DNA of 64,000 nt from a virus. Below the pieces are notes generated by a model. It was not told the origin of the DNA. It made no database searches and saw nothing but the letters and a program-made list of their open reading frames with translations. Both the position numbers and the translations under genes were made by a program. The DNA is taken from positions 1 to 64,000 of IMG/VR virus record IMGVR_UViG_3300042346_000326; one strand, 5' to 3'. Positions 10,363 to 20,613 of this stretch are shown piece after piece. Every line of letters begins with the position of its first letter. Positions within the stretch are counted from its first letter, which is position 1.

Positions 10363-11340
10363 GTGCACATTCCAGAGGGGGCGTTTTCGGCGCCATTAAC
10401 AGATTATCAGTTCCGACTACTGGTGGTTCTATGCCATTTAGCGGGCTCTGAGGGGGTCGTGAAGGCCTCAGTAGAGCGCCTCTGTAGTGAGACGGGTAAG
10501 GTCCATAACAAGACCGTCAGAAGGGCTCTGAAGGCTTTAGAAGGTCAGGGCTTTGTTTCTAGAATTAGGACTAAGAGGGCTAATGGGTATCGTGGAGTTG
10601 ATATATACCGACTCAACTCCTATAGGACTCTAGAGTTCCCTAACCCTAAAAACTTAGGGGACTCTAATGTCCACGCCTCACATGACTATAGGTCACGTAG
10701 CCAATCTACTATTAAGCCATTAGTACCTAATAGCCAAGATAGTAATAAATTAAAAGACTTTGTGACGCATACTGCGCCACTGAAGGAGATAAAGGTGCTT
10801 ATGAAAGGATTTGATGATGGAGAGGATTTGGCAGGCTTTGGACTTATTGAGCCAAGGGATGTCCCCAAGCAAAAACTCTCAAAGCGTGACCCCAAGACTC
10901 GTGGTAAGAGGCCAGAGCATGAGTGGACCGCAATGGATGTCGCTGCAGAGTTTTCTTATCGCGTTGGGCGCAAGTACCCCCTACTCCCAGGGACCGTCAA
11001 TGTCAAAGCACTATCAGGAGCCCTTGCAAAGTTTAGAAAGCAATACGGAACAACACCACTGATTGAACTTGAACTGCTCAGATTGTTTATGGCAGATGAA
11101 AGTAATTTTAAACAGATTGGTGATGAGGCTCCGCATCTTTACAAACTTTATTTAGCATCATTTGGCAAAAAGATGAACCAAGCACGAGAGAACCTCGGAC
11201 TTGGCAAAGTTGCGCCAATAAAAGAACCTATGGTTAAGATTGGGACACTCGTTGCTAGTGATGGTAGTGAGTTTCAAAATTCATTGTCTGGAAGAGCGCA
11301 ACTAGAACGCTATGAAAAGAAATTGAGGGGAGCCCAATAG
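10363..11340 (+). CDS. Replication initiator with N-terminal wHTH
   Basis: FRLLVVLCH...SVERLCSETG...TVRRALKALEGQGFV; coupled to a DnaC-like ATPase. Confidence 0.7.
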   Translation: MHIPEGAFSAPLTDYQFRLLVVLCHLAGSEGVVKASVERLCSETGKVHNKTVRRALKALEGQGFVSRIRTKRANGYRGVDIYRLNSYRTLEFPNPKNLGDSNVHASHDYRSRSQSTIKPLVPNSQDSNKLKDFVTHTAPLKEIKVLMKGFDDGEDLAGFGLIEPRDVPKQKLSKRDPKTRGKRPEHEWTAMDVAAEFSYRVGRKYPLLPGTVNVKALSGALAKFRKQYGTTPLIELELLRLFMADESNFKQIGDEAPHLYKLYLASFGKKMNQARENLGLGKVAPIKEPMVKIGTLVASDGSEFQNSLSGRAQLERYEKKLRGAQ

Positions 11341-12062
11341 TGTACGACGTGAACCAATTGTCGTCATTGAAAAAGCATTGGCTTTTGCGAACTTCGAATA
11401 TTCCACGTCGCTTTCTAGGTTTAGGCATACCTGATTTAGAAGAGCGTAGTGGAACTGTTCCGCAGCAGTACCTGCAGTGGATTGATGACGTTATAAACGG
11501 CGAAGTAATCAAGCAGATTGGCAACATCGGAATCAATGGTGTAGGTATGCTCTTTGATGGAGGGCCTGGCATAGGCAAAACAACTCACGCTGTTGTTGCC
11601 GCTATGGAGGTGGTCCGACGTCTCCCAGATGACGACGAGACTGCTCGTAAGATTTTGGGTATGAATGCGAGCGACTATGGGCTCAATGCTCGCCCCATTT
11701 ATTACATGACCTATCCTGAATTTCTTTCAAAGAAAAAATCGACATTTGATGCGGACCCCGAAGACAAAAAGCAAATGGTTTATGAAATCGATGGGCTTCA
11801 TGGTCGCTCTAAGTTTGACTTTTTAAACGTTCGGATTCTTGTTATTGACGACCTAGGAAAAGAATACGGTTCAAAGTACGACGACACCTCGTTCGATGAG
11901 ATACTACGGGCACGGTATGACAAGGCGTTACCAACGATAGTAACGACCAATGTCATGCTGGAGAACTGGGAAGCGCAGTACCGAGAGGCTATGGCAAGTT
12001 TTGCTAACGAAGCCTTTGTTCGTGTTCCTATTCTTGGTTCTGACCTTAGAGGAGCGCAATGA
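11340..12062 (+). CDS. DnaC/IstB-like AAA+ helicase loader
   Basis: Walker A GGPGIGKT, Walker B LVIDDLGKE, PTIVTTN. Confidence 0.85.
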   Translation: MYDVNQLSSLKKHWLLRTSNIPRRFLGLGIPDLEERSGTVPQQYLQWIDDVINGEVIKQIGNIGINGVGMLFDGGPGIGKTTHAVVAAMEVVRRLPDDDETARKILGMNASDYGLNARPIYYMTYPEFLSKKKSTFDADPEDKKQMVYEIDGLHGRSKFDFLNVRILVIDDLGKEYGSKYDDTSFDEILRARYDKALPTIVTTNVMLENWEAQYREAMASFANEAFVRVPILGSDLRGAQ

Positions 12063-12367
12063 AAGAGAGCAGCATGAGGACTTCTTGGAGAACAGTTCAA
12101 CTGTTTATCTCTGCACAGGCTGCTGGAATTTTTGAAGTAGAAGTCGATACTGAAACAAAGAAACTACGTTGTAGTTGCCCTAAATGGAAAAAACAATTTA
12201 ATTGCAAACATACAAGATTTGTAGAAGACCGTATGTACATGAATGAAGGTCACTATTCCATTCTTGTTCCAGGAGAAGTCCCTGAAGAACTTGCGTTGGA
12301 GGCTAGTGATAACGCAGAGAAGTTTAGAGAGTTTGTTGTTAAATACGCTAAGATAGAAGTCTTATGA
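12059..12367 (+). CDS. SWIM zinc-finger protein
   Basis: CSCP...CKH. Confidence 0.75.
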   Translation: MKESSMRTSWRTVQLFISAQAAGIFEVEVDTETKKLRCSCPKWKKQFNCKHTRFVEDRMYMNEGHYSILVPGEVPEELALEASDNAEKFREFVVKYAKIEVL

Positions 12368-12780
12368 AAAACGGAGACATATCAAACGTCTCCTCTCCGC
12401 AGGTAATTGCTACAACCGATGTAGTTATTAAACTAGTTGAAGAAGAAAGTCGTAGACTTTTAGGAAAGAAGATTTCTTATAAAGTTGGAGATGTGGATTT
12501 GCTTTCAGCCAACAAATTGTGGATACTTGCCAATAACTACGGCATTTCTTTAGAACTTGCTGGTTTTGAATCAGAGGGTTGGTCAGAAGAACTTCTTGAC
12601 AAAGCCTTTGAGAAGTTGGAACGCCGTGTAGTTAATCCATTTAACTACTGGCAGTTATACGAAGACATAGAGGAGTTAGTTGCAGCGCTTCCGTATCGAC
12701 CAAACCTAAAGGGAGTCATTGACAAACCCGAACGAGTTGCACGATATGGGTCAGCAGGAGTAGAACTAGCCAATCTTTAA
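12364..12780 (+). CDS. Hypothetical protein
   Basis: Translationally coupled ORF in the replication cluster. Confidence 0.6.
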   Translation: MKNGDISNVSSPQVIATTDVVIKLVEEESRRLLGKKISYKVGDVDLLSANKLWILANNYGISLELAGFESEGWSEELLDKAFEKLERRVVNPFNYWQLYEDIEELVAALPYRPNLKGVIDKPERVARYGSAGVELANL

Positions 12781-12798
12781 GAGCCTAGAGGGGGCGAC

Positions 12799-14046
12799 AT
12801 GGCAGCAGACAATGAACACCGTCTGGTCAGTAAAGTAATACGTGACCGTGACATTGTTCCTGCACTTTCACGTGGCGTTCAAGACGCATGGTTCTTAGAT
12901 GACGACAATCGCAAAGTCTGGTCATTTGTTCGCAAGCACTACAGTGAATACCGCGAAGTACCTACAGCAACAACTGTAAAAGACCACTATCCAAATTATA
13001 AAGTTTTAGATGTTCAAGATAGCGTTGAGTATCTGCTTGACACGATGGTCGACTTCCGTCGTCGACTTCTCACTCGTCAAGGTCTTGAAAATGCTGTTGA
13101 ACTATTGCAAGACAACAATCACAATGCCGCGTTGCTTGCTATGGAGCAGGCAATTGCAAAAGTCAATGAGCAGGGTGTTCTCGGCACTCATGAAGTTGAC
13201 CTATCTAAGAACACAGAACAGCGCTATGAAGATTACAAAGCGTTACAGAGTAAGAAGTTTTTAGGGATTCCTACTGGTTTTGAAAAGATAGATGAAGCAA
13301 CTGCAGGACTACAGGGTGGTCAGTTGATAACCATCATTGCTCCACCAAAGACTGGTAAGTCACAAATTGCTCTACAGATAGCGATAAATGTTCACAAACT
13401 TGGTTATGTTCCAATGTTCCAGTCATTTGAGATGAACAACCATGAGCAACAACAGCGTCACGATGCTATGAGAGCAAATATATCCCATGGTCGTTTACGT
13501 CGCGGAAAGTTATTGCCAGCAGAAGAAAGCCGTTACATCGACATGCTCAACAATATGGAGAAGTTGCACCCATTTCACCTTGTTGATGCTGTAAATGGAA
13601 TTACCGTATCTGCCTTGTCAGCAAAAATTGAGCAGTGTAATCCTGATATCGTATTTGTAGATGGTGTTTATCTTATGCTTGATGAGATTACTGGCGAGAT
13701 GAACACTCCGCAAGCAATAACAAATATCACCCGTGCATTAAAGCGCCTTGCTCAAAAGATAAATAAACCAATTGTTATAACTACTCAGACTCTGTTATGG
13801 AAGATGCGTGCTGGAAAAGTAACCGCAGACTCTATTGGATACTCATCATCTTTCTTCCAAGATTCAGACGTCATCCTTGGTCTTGAGCCAGTTGAAGAAG
13901 ATGAAGAGATTCGCCTCTTAAAGATTGTTCAATCACGTAACTGCCCACCAAGTGAGACTGCTATTACATGGCGTTGGGAGACTGGTTGTTTCCACGATGA
14001 AGCAGTTATGACTAAGTGTTCTTACTGTATGAATTGGTCCAAGTAA
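12799..14046 (+). CDS. dnaB: Replicative DnaB-like helicase
   Basis: GIPTGF...GLQGGQLITIIAPPKTGKS, SFEM, VFVDGVY, QDSDVILGL. Confidence 0.92.
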   Translation: MAADNEHRLVSKVIRDRDIVPALSRGVQDAWFLDDDNRKVWSFVRKHYSEYREVPTATTVKDHYPNYKVLDVQDSVEYLLDTMVDFRRRLLTRQGLENAVELLQDNNHNAALLAMEQAIAKVNEQGVLGTHEVDLSKNTEQRYEDYKALQSKKFLGIPTGFEKIDEATAGLQGGQLITIIAPPKTGKSQIALQIAINVHKLGYVPMFQSFEMNNHEQQQRHDAMRANISHGRLRRGKLLPAEESRYIDMLNNMEKLHPFHLVDAVNGITVSALSAKIEQCNPDIVFVDGVYLMLDEITGEMNTPQAITNITRALKRLAQKINKPIVITTQTLLWKMRAGKVTADSIGYSSSFFQDSDVILGLEPVEEDEEIRLLKIVQSRNCPPSETAITWRWETGCFHDEAVMTKCSYCMNWSK

Positions 14047-14993
14047 TGGATGTAGAAAAAGTACTTCTTGCACTTGACTTACCACTTGCTGCACAACGTG
14101 GCAGTGAAGTTAATGGGTTGTGTCCAATGCACAAGAAGAGAACTGGAAAAGAAGACCATCATCCATCGTGGTGGATAAATATTGATACAGGTGCACATAT
14201 TTGTTTCTCTTGTGGTTACAAGGGAAACCTCTACACACTTGTTCGTGATTTAAAGTCAGTTGATTATCATGAAGCAAAAGAGTTCATTGATGGTCAAGCA
14301 GAACTTCCAATCGATGCTTTACTTAGTCGAATTAAAGACCTACCACAGTACATACAGCCCGAAGAAGAGCCAATAAGTATGTCTGAGGCTCGTCTTGCTG
14401 TGTACTCTGACCCTCCAGCATTTGAATTAAAAAAGCGATTCCTAACTGCAGAAGCAGCAAAGCACCACGGCGTACTTTGGGATGTAAATAACGTTGCATG
14501 GATTCTTCCTATCCGCCATTCCGAAACTTATGAACTTATGGGATGGCAAGAAAAGGGTGCTTCGGGTCGCTTTTTTCGCAATCAACCAGTGGGCGTTAAG
14601 AAATCAAAAACTATATTTGGCGTTGAAGTGATGGCTACCGATATTTTGGTTGTTGTTGAATCTCCTTTAGATGTCGTTCGTCTTCGTTGTGCAGGTGTTG
14701 AAGGAGCAGTGTCAACTTTTGGCGCCATTGTTAGTGAAGACCAAGCAAAGATTATGCGCAGAGCAGAAAAAGTTATTGCAGCGTTTGATAAAGACGAAGC
14801 AGGTCGCAAGGCTTGCGAATCTATGCGCCCATTTGCTCGCAAGTATGGGATTAACCTTTTCTTTTTTGATTACACGGATATCGATGTCAAAGACCCAGGA
14901 GATATGACCATCGATGAAATTCACAGGGGTATAGAGAACTCCAAAACATACATTCTTGGCAAGGAGGCATACAGTGTTTACGGGAACGCTTAA
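14046..14993 (+). CDS. dnaG: DNA primase (CHC2 zinc finger + TOPRIM)
   Basis: CPMH...CFSCG, VVESPLD, FDKDEAG, KDPGD. Confidence 0.9.
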   Translation: MDVEKVLLALDLPLAAQRGSEVNGLCPMHKKRTGKEDHHPSWWINIDTGAHICFSCGYKGNLYTLVRDLKSVDYHEAKEFIDGQAELPIDALLSRIKDLPQYIQPEEEPISMSEARLAVYSDPPAFELKKRFLTAEAAKHHGVLWDVNNVAWILPIRHSETYELMGWQEKGASGRFFRNQPVGVKKSKTIFGVEVMATDILVVVESPLDVVRLRCAGVEGAVSTFGAIVSEDQAKIMRRAEKVIAAFDKDEAGRKACESMRPFARKYGINLFFFDYTDIDVKDPGDMTIDEIHRGIENSKTYILGKEAYSVYGNA

Positions 14994-16542
14994 GCCATAT
15001 CAAGTCGAGGCTGTTAGCCGTATGGTTGGTGAAAAGAAAATGTTGGTTGCGTATGAGATGGGTCTAGGTAAAACCTGTATGACTATTGCGGCCTTAGAAA
15101 AATTGAACGATACAGGACAGATACAGAAAGGTCCTATTCTTGTAATAGCCCTCTCTAGCCTCAAGTATCAGTGGCAGAAAGAGATAGCCAAATTTACTAA
15201 AGGTGTAGAGACCACCGTTGTGGACGGTAACAAGCAACAGCGAACACAGCAGTACGAAGACGGACAAAAGAGCGATTACGTCATAACCAACTATGAGTCA
15301 ATAGTTAACGACTGGGAGACAGTTCGTAGATACTTTTGGGGAGCCGTCGTCTGCGATGAGGCTACTGCTATCAAAGGTTTTCGTTCCAAGCGTTCCAAAA
15401 AGGTAAAAGACTTGTCTAAAAATATATCCATCAGGTTTGCTCTTACTGGAACTCCTATTGAGAACGGTAAACCAGAAGAGTTATATAGCATTATGCAGTT
15501 CGTTAATCCCAATCTTTTAGGTCGTTTTGATTTGTTTGACCAAACCTTTATTGTGCGCAATCACTTTGGAGGTGTGCAGCGATATAGGAATCTACCTATA
15601 TTTCACGAGAAGATGAAAATTTCTTCTGTAAGAAAGATACAGACAGACCCAGATGTTGCTCCGTATCTTCCAAGCGTCATTTATCGTGAGCCAATACTTG
15701 TGCGGTTTGATTCTGCTGGTCAAAAGTTATACAACTTTATAGCCGAAGAATTACACAACGAATTAGTTGAAGCACAACAACTTCTTGGAGCAGGGTTTTC
15801 GTTAGCAGCACACTATGGAGAGGGGTATAAACCAGGAAGTCCTGCAGATATGATGCGTGGTTCAATCATGTCCAAGATAACCGCACTTCGTATGGTTTGT
15901 GATGACCCAATGATTCTTGCAAGCAGTGGTTCAAATTATGATGGTAAAACTGGAAGCGCTTATGCAAACTATTTGTGGACTAACGGTCATATAAAAGTTC
16001 GTGGAATGGGCAATCCAAAACTTGACACATTAAAACAATATGTAAACGACCATTTAGAGACTGACCCCGATGCAAAGGTTGTTGTGTTTACTTCTTACCT
16101 TGGAGCAGTGGCAGCCATTCACAGTGAACTTGGTGGAACTGTGTATACAGGAGAAATGAACTCTAAAGAAAAAGAAAAAAGCAAAGAAAAGTTTTTAAAT
16201 AACCCAGATTGCAGAATCTTTATTTCGTCCGATGCTGGTGGTTACGGAGTAGATTTACCTAATGCAAACCTTTTAATTAACTATGACTTGCCATGGAACG
16301 CTGGACTTGCGGTACAAAGAAACGGCCGAATTAAAAGAGCGTCCAGCCGTTGGCCTACCATTACTATTCAAGACATCCTAATGAAGGGTTCTATAGAAGA
16401 ACGCCAGTTCGACATGCTCCAACAGAAGAACGCCGTGGCTGACGCTGTAATGGACGGTCAGGGAATCAACTCTCGTGGTGGTGTAGACTTGACAGTAGGA
16501 AGTCTTTTGAACTTCATATCTCAGACCAAAGTAGGAGGGTAA
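14974..16542 (+). CDS. SNF2-family helicase
   Basis: EMGLGKT, CDEAT, LTGTPIEN, DLPWN...QRNGRIKR; GTG start after AGGAGG. Confidence 0.9.
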   Translation: MFTGTLKPYQVEAVSRMVGEKKMLVAYEMGLGKTCMTIAALEKLNDTGQIQKGPILVIALSSLKYQWQKEIAKFTKGVETTVVDGNKQQRTQQYEDGQKSDYVITNYESIVNDWETVRRYFWGAVVCDEATAIKGFRSKRSKKVKDLSKNISIRFALTGTPIENGKPEELYSIMQFVNPNLLGRFDLFDQTFIVRNHFGGVQRYRNLPIFHEKMKISSVRKIQTDPDVAPYLPSVIYREPILVRFDSAGQKLYNFIAEELHNELVEAQQLLGAGFSLAAHYGEGYKPGSPADMMRGSIMSKITALRMVCDDPMILASSGSNYDGKTGSAYANYLWTNGHIKVRGMGNPKLDTLKQYVNDHLETDPDAKVVVFTSYLGAVAAIHSELGGTVYTGEMNSKEKEKSKEKFLNNPDCRIFISSDAGGYGVDLPNANLLINYDLPWNAGLAVQRNGRIKRASSRWPTITIQDILMKGSIEERQFDMLQQKNAVADAVMDGQGINSRGGVDLTVGSLLNFISQTKVGG

Positions 16543-16544
16543 TA

Positions 16545-16985
16545 ATGGCTCGCATCACTAAGCAAGACACAAGAGTAATTGATAAGGACGATGTCCTATC
16601 TCAAGCACAGCAATATGCTTTTTTTAAAAAGCAGGTTGAATATTTTCAAGAACAGATGAAATCTATTCGTGAAGAGTTGTTCACTCACATAGAAGAAAAT
16701 GGTGAGACCGATGACAAAGGAAATATTATTTTTGAATTACCTCAAGAGATTGAGGGGTTTACTTCAATCACTAAACAACGCCGTGTTACTCGAAAGATTG
16801 ATGAAGACATCGCATTCGATATCATTGATGAAAAAGGTCTTCGTGACAAACTAATCAAGGTTGTAGAAGTTATCGACGAAGATGCTCTTATGGCTGCTCT
16901 GTATAGTGATGAACTCACTGAAGAAGAGATTGATGAAATGTATCCACAGAATGTGGTCTGGGCATTGGTTATGAACAAGAGATAA
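16545..16985 (+). CDS. Hypothetical protein (coiled coil, Gam/gp157-like)
   Basis: Strong RBS; helical acidic protein. Confidence 0.5.
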   Translation: MARITKQDTRVIDKDDVLSQAQQYAFFKKQVEYFQEQMKSIREELFTHIEENGETDDKGNIIFELPQEIEGFTSITKQRRVTRKIDEDIAFDIIDEKGLRDKLIKVVEVIDEDALMAALYSDELTEEEIDEMYPQNVVWALVMNKR

Positions 16986-16987
16986 CT

Positions 16988-17479
16988 ATGGCAGGATTAC
17001 GTGGAGAAGATGAAATCATTGAGGCATTTAAAGACCTCGAATACATTCCTGGTTCAAAAAAGAAAAGAAGAGAACCAGACCCAAAGGTTTCTCGCCGTAA
17101 AAGCGGTGAGACTAATGGTTGGGATGAAAACCCAATCATTAAAACATTAGGTGGAAAGGAAACTGAAGTCTTTACAATCGGTGCATTGGCACAAGCATTG
17201 GAAAAGACAATTGTCACAGTTCGTTTATGGGAACGAAAGGGATATATCCCACGTGCCCCGTATCGACTTCGGTCTAAGACTTTAAAAGGTCAGAAGACTG
17301 GAGGAAATCGGGTTTATACCCGTTCTCTCATAGAGGCTGCTGTTGACGAGTTTGCCAAACGAAACCTTCTAGGTTCTGCTCGTGTAGAGTGGAACCAATA
17401 CGAAGACCTTACAGAGGCTTTACTAAAGCGCTGGAAGGACATCACATCCGCAGAGAGCCAAAGTGACAAGAGTCTGTAA
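16988..17479 (+). CDS. MerR-like HTH DNA-binding protein
   Basis: FTIGALAQALEKTIVTVRLWERKGYIP...NRVYT. Confidence 0.75.
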   Translation: MAGLRGEDEIIEAFKDLEYIPGSKKKRREPDPKVSRRKSGETNGWDENPIIKTLGGKETEVFTIGALAQALEKTIVTVRLWERKGYIPRAPYRLRSKTLKGQKTGGNRVYTRSLIEAAVDEFAKRNLLGSARVEWNQYEDLTEALLKRWKDITSAESQSDKSL

Positions 17480-17519
17480 TACAGACGTCGCTAGGCCTCA
17501 CTACCAAAGAAAGAAACAA

Positions 17520-18167
17520 ATGCCAATTACAAAACCAGCAGTAAATGCTGACAACTATCTTGATGAAGATAGTGAAAACACCCAACCAAAGGTTGGAACA
17601 ACTGTGCAACAGGGCTGGGATGCCGTTGATGCACTTTTAAAGTCAGACTCAACTGAGTTTCCAACTGACTTTCGTTTCTCCGAAGAACCGCAACTTGTTA
17701 AGTTCCTCGAAAATTCCCCATTTGCAACATATGAACAGCATTGGATTGAACGCCCAAAGGGTAAGAAGTCCTTTGTATGTATTGGAGAAAATTGCCCACT
17801 ATGCGAAATCCTTGGAGATAAGCCTCGTGGCAAGTTTTCATTCAACGTGTTAGTTCTCAGTGGTGAACAGCAGGGCGTGCAAATTCTTACTGCTCCACCA
17901 TCATTGGCTCGTCAAATAAAGAAAGCGCATGATGACGAGCGCAAAGGACCTCTTTCAAAAGAGTTCTGGGAGATTTCTCGACTAGGAACAGGACCAACAA
18001 CGCAGTACACCCTCAACTTCGTTCGTGGTCGTGACCTTGCCGAGGAGTGGAAACTAAACGCTGATGCGGTAAATGAACTCGTAGCAGCCGCTGAACCTTA
18101 TACAGCCGAAGTAATTCGAGAGACCCCTCGCTCTGAACTACTGGAAGTTGCTCGTTCAATCGCTTAG
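17520..18167 (+). CDS. Single-stranded DNA-binding protein (gp32-like)
   Basis: QHW...FVCIGENCPLC, ISRLGTGPTTQY; next to PolA. Confidence 0.7.
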   Translation: MPITKPAVNADNYLDEDSENTQPKVGTTVQQGWDAVDALLKSDSTEFPTDFRFSEEPQLVKFLENSPFATYEQHWIERPKGKKSFVCIGENCPLCEILGDKPRGKFSFNVLVLSGEQQGVQILTAPPSLARQIKKAHDDERKGPLSKEFWEISRLGTGPTTQYTLNFVRGRDLAEEWKLNADAVNELVAAAEPYTAEVIRETPRSELLEVARSIA

Positions 18168-18181
18168 TTCGTTTCCACGTG

Positions 18182-18213
18182 GGAGAGCCTGTTACCTCCA
18201 TTTCAGGCTCTCC
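18182..18213 (+). terminator. Strong hairpin after ssb (terminator or processing site)
   Basis: GGAGAGCCTG...CAGGCTCTCC 10-bp stem; weak U tail. Confidence 0.45.
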
Positions 18214-18232
18214 TACTTAAAGAGAGGGTTTT

Positions 18233-20236
18233 ATGAATATCATTACAACACAAGAACAACTTAACGACTTAGTTAAGTACTACAGCAAACAGCCTGCATT
18301 TGCATTTGACATTGAGTCTGTTGGTGACGACCGTATACAGCCTGTAGTAAATGACGTGCTATGGATTTCTTTAGCGACAGATGGTCGCGTTGATGTTATA
18401 CCTATGGGACATCCTAATGGTGAGTTCTTAAACTGGGATAAAGAGTTGCTTCTTAGTGGTCAGCGCAAGTTAGCCGCTGGCAAAGACTTAAAAGACACGG
18501 ATTACTCAAAGAATCAAGCAAAGTGGAAACCAGTATTTGGTCCTGCTCCAGAACAACTTCTTCCTGGAGACGTATTCAAAGCATTACAGCCTCTGTTTTT
18601 TAGTGATAAGTTAAAGATTGGTCACAATATAAAGTTTGATTTAAAATCTATTGCAAAGTATTACCGTGGCAAAGTTCCTAACAAACCGTTCTTTGACACA
18701 ATGATGGCTTCATTTATTATTAACAACCGTCACCGTGGATTTCTTGGATTAGCAGACTGTGCAAAGAGAGAACTTGGTTTAGTAGTTGAAAAAGGTGTAG
18801 GAGCGCAAGTTGAGGTCCATTCGTTTAGCGATGTGGCTAAGTACTCAGGATTAGACGCAGATGCAACTTGGCAGTTATATAAGGTCTTAGAACCAAAACT
18901 GGAGGGCGACCTTAAGCGCGTTTGGATTTTAGAGATGGATGTTATTGCAGCGTTATGCGACATGGAATTAACAGGTGCAAACATAGACGTTGTAGAACTT
19001 ACAAGTTTGAAGAAGCGTCTTGAAAAAGACATTGATAATGCCAAAGCAAAGGCTTGGAAGTTAGTTGGAAAGCCCTTCGCCATGAACTCTGTTCAAGAGA
19101 AGCAGAAGTTGCTGTTCTCTCCTAAAAAAGATGGTGGACGAGGCATCAAACCAAACCTTCGTATCAAGGTTGCTCTTACAGCCAAAGGTCAAGAAATGGC
19201 GATGACTAACCCTATGAAGTTAGATATTCAGCACTACTCGGTATCTTCTGATGCTCTTGAGTTTTACAGAAGCAAAGATGAACTTGTAGATGCCATCCTT
19301 GAATATCAAGATTTGAATAAGTTAATGACAACTTATGTAATGCCATATCTTGGTGGCGAAGTTACCCACACGGTTATGGGCAAAACGAAGGTTACTGAAA
19401 AGAAATCTCTCTTAATAAATGGCAAAGTACACACTAACTTCAAACCACATGGAGCAGAGACAGGTCGTTTCTCTAGTAGCGACCCAAACCTACAGAATAT
19501 TCCTAGTGGTGGTGACTATGGAAAACTCATCCGTAATCTATTTATCGCTCCACCAGGTCATAAGTTAGTCGTAGCAGACTATTCTCAGATTGAGCCACGC
19601 ATCATTGCAGCCTTTTCTGGTGACCCAATTATGGTCAATAACTACCTTAAAGGTGGAGATATCTATACAACTATTGGTGACACGATGGGCGTAGACCGAA
19701 AGGCTGGAAAGGTTCTCGTGCTTTCTATCGCTTATGGTGTTGGTCCAGAAAAGATTGCTCAAAGCATTGGCTGTACGGTCAAAGATGCACGAGACTTACT
19801 AGACAGATTTGGAAAACAATTCAACGATATCTCCAAATATAGAGCACGAGTTATCCGTATGGCTGCTGCCCAGTCACCAACACCCTATGTGTCTACCTTG
19901 TTTGGACGACGTCGATATATACCTGACTTGAAAAGCCGTGACCAAGGTCTAAAGTCACGAGCAGAAAGACAAGCATTTAATACCGTAATTCAGGGCTCTG
20001 CTGCCGACATCATGAAATTGGCTATTGTCAGAGCACACTCCTGCTTTGTTGATGAGCCAGGCGCAAATGTCATTTTGACCGTGCACGACGAGTTAGTTAC
20101 AGTTGCTCGTGAAGATTTAGCGGACGATGTTGCGGAAGCAATCCGCGAGTCTATGGAGGGTATTCGCCTTCCTGAGATTACGTTTCCGCTTATTGCAGAT
20201 GTAAAAATAGTTGAGAAATGGGGTCAGGCCAAATGA
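18233..20236 (+). CDS. polA: Family A DNA polymerase (3'-5' exonuclease + polymerase)
   Basis: FDIES, GHNIKFD, TGRFSSSDPNLQNIP, ADYSQIEPR, IQGSAAD, VHDEL. Confidence 0.95.
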   Translation: MNIITTQEQLNDLVKYYSKQPAFAFDIESVGDDRIQPVVNDVLWISLATDGRVDVIPMGHPNGEFLNWDKELLLSGQRKLAAGKDLKDTDYSKNQAKWKPVFGPAPEQLLPGDVFKALQPLFFSDKLKIGHNIKFDLKSIAKYYRGKVPNKPFFDTMMASFIINNRHRGFLGLADCAKRELGLVVEKGVGAQVEVHSFSDVAKYSGLDADATWQLYKVLEPKLEGDLKRVWILEMDVIAALCDMELTGANIDVVELTSLKKRLEKDIDNAKAKAWKLVGKPFAMNSVQEKQKLLFSPKKDGGRGIKPNLRIKVALTAKGQEMAMTNPMKLDIQHYSVSSDALEFYRSKDELVDAILEYQDLNKLMTTYVMPYLGGEVTHTVMGKTKVTEKKSLLINGKVHTNFKPHGAETGRFSSSDPNLQNIPSGGDYGKLIRNLFIAPPGHKLVVADYSQIEPRIIAAFSGDPIMVNNYLKGGDIYTTIGDTMGVDRKAGKVLVLSIAYGVGPEKIAQSIGCTVKDARDLLDRFGKQFNDISKYRARVIRMAAAQSPTPYVSTLFGRRRYIPDLKSRDQGLKSRAERQAFNTVIQGSAADIMKLAIVRAHSCFVDEPGANVILTVHDELVTVAREDLADDVAEAIRESMEGIRLPEITFPLIADVKIVEKWGQAK

Positions 20237-20613
20237 GTAACGCAAACTGGTGGGCTAATAAATTAGGACAACAACCTGCGCAACAACAACGCCCAGCAAA
20301 TATGCCAACACCACCATCTCAACAACCAATGACTCCATATGTGCCCCCACAACCACAATCACACACCGCAGTATCTAAAGCACAGAGTGCTAATCAAACT
20401 CAACTATGTCCTGATTGCGGCTCTAATAATTACATGTCTGTTGCTAATGCAGCGCCTCGTTGTTACGACTGTGGCTATCCTCTTCAACAGGCTGGAAGCA
20501 AGTATGGTGCACTAACTGGTGCAAAAGTAGAAGGAAGTGCAAAGAATGCTCGCGGTAATGACACAGCAAATAATTTTAACCCACAACAAATTATTGGAAG
20601 GATTGATGGATGA
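20233..20613 (+). CDS. Zn-ribbon hypothetical protein
   Basis: CPDCGS...CYDCGYP; Pro/Gln-rich N-terminus. Confidence 0.6.
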   Translation: MSNANWWANKLGQQPAQQQRPANMPTPPSQQPMTPYVPPQPQSHTAVSKAQSANQTQLCPDCGSNNYMSVANAAPRCYDCGYPLQQAGSKYGALTGAKVEGSAKNARGNDTANNFNPQQIIGRIDG

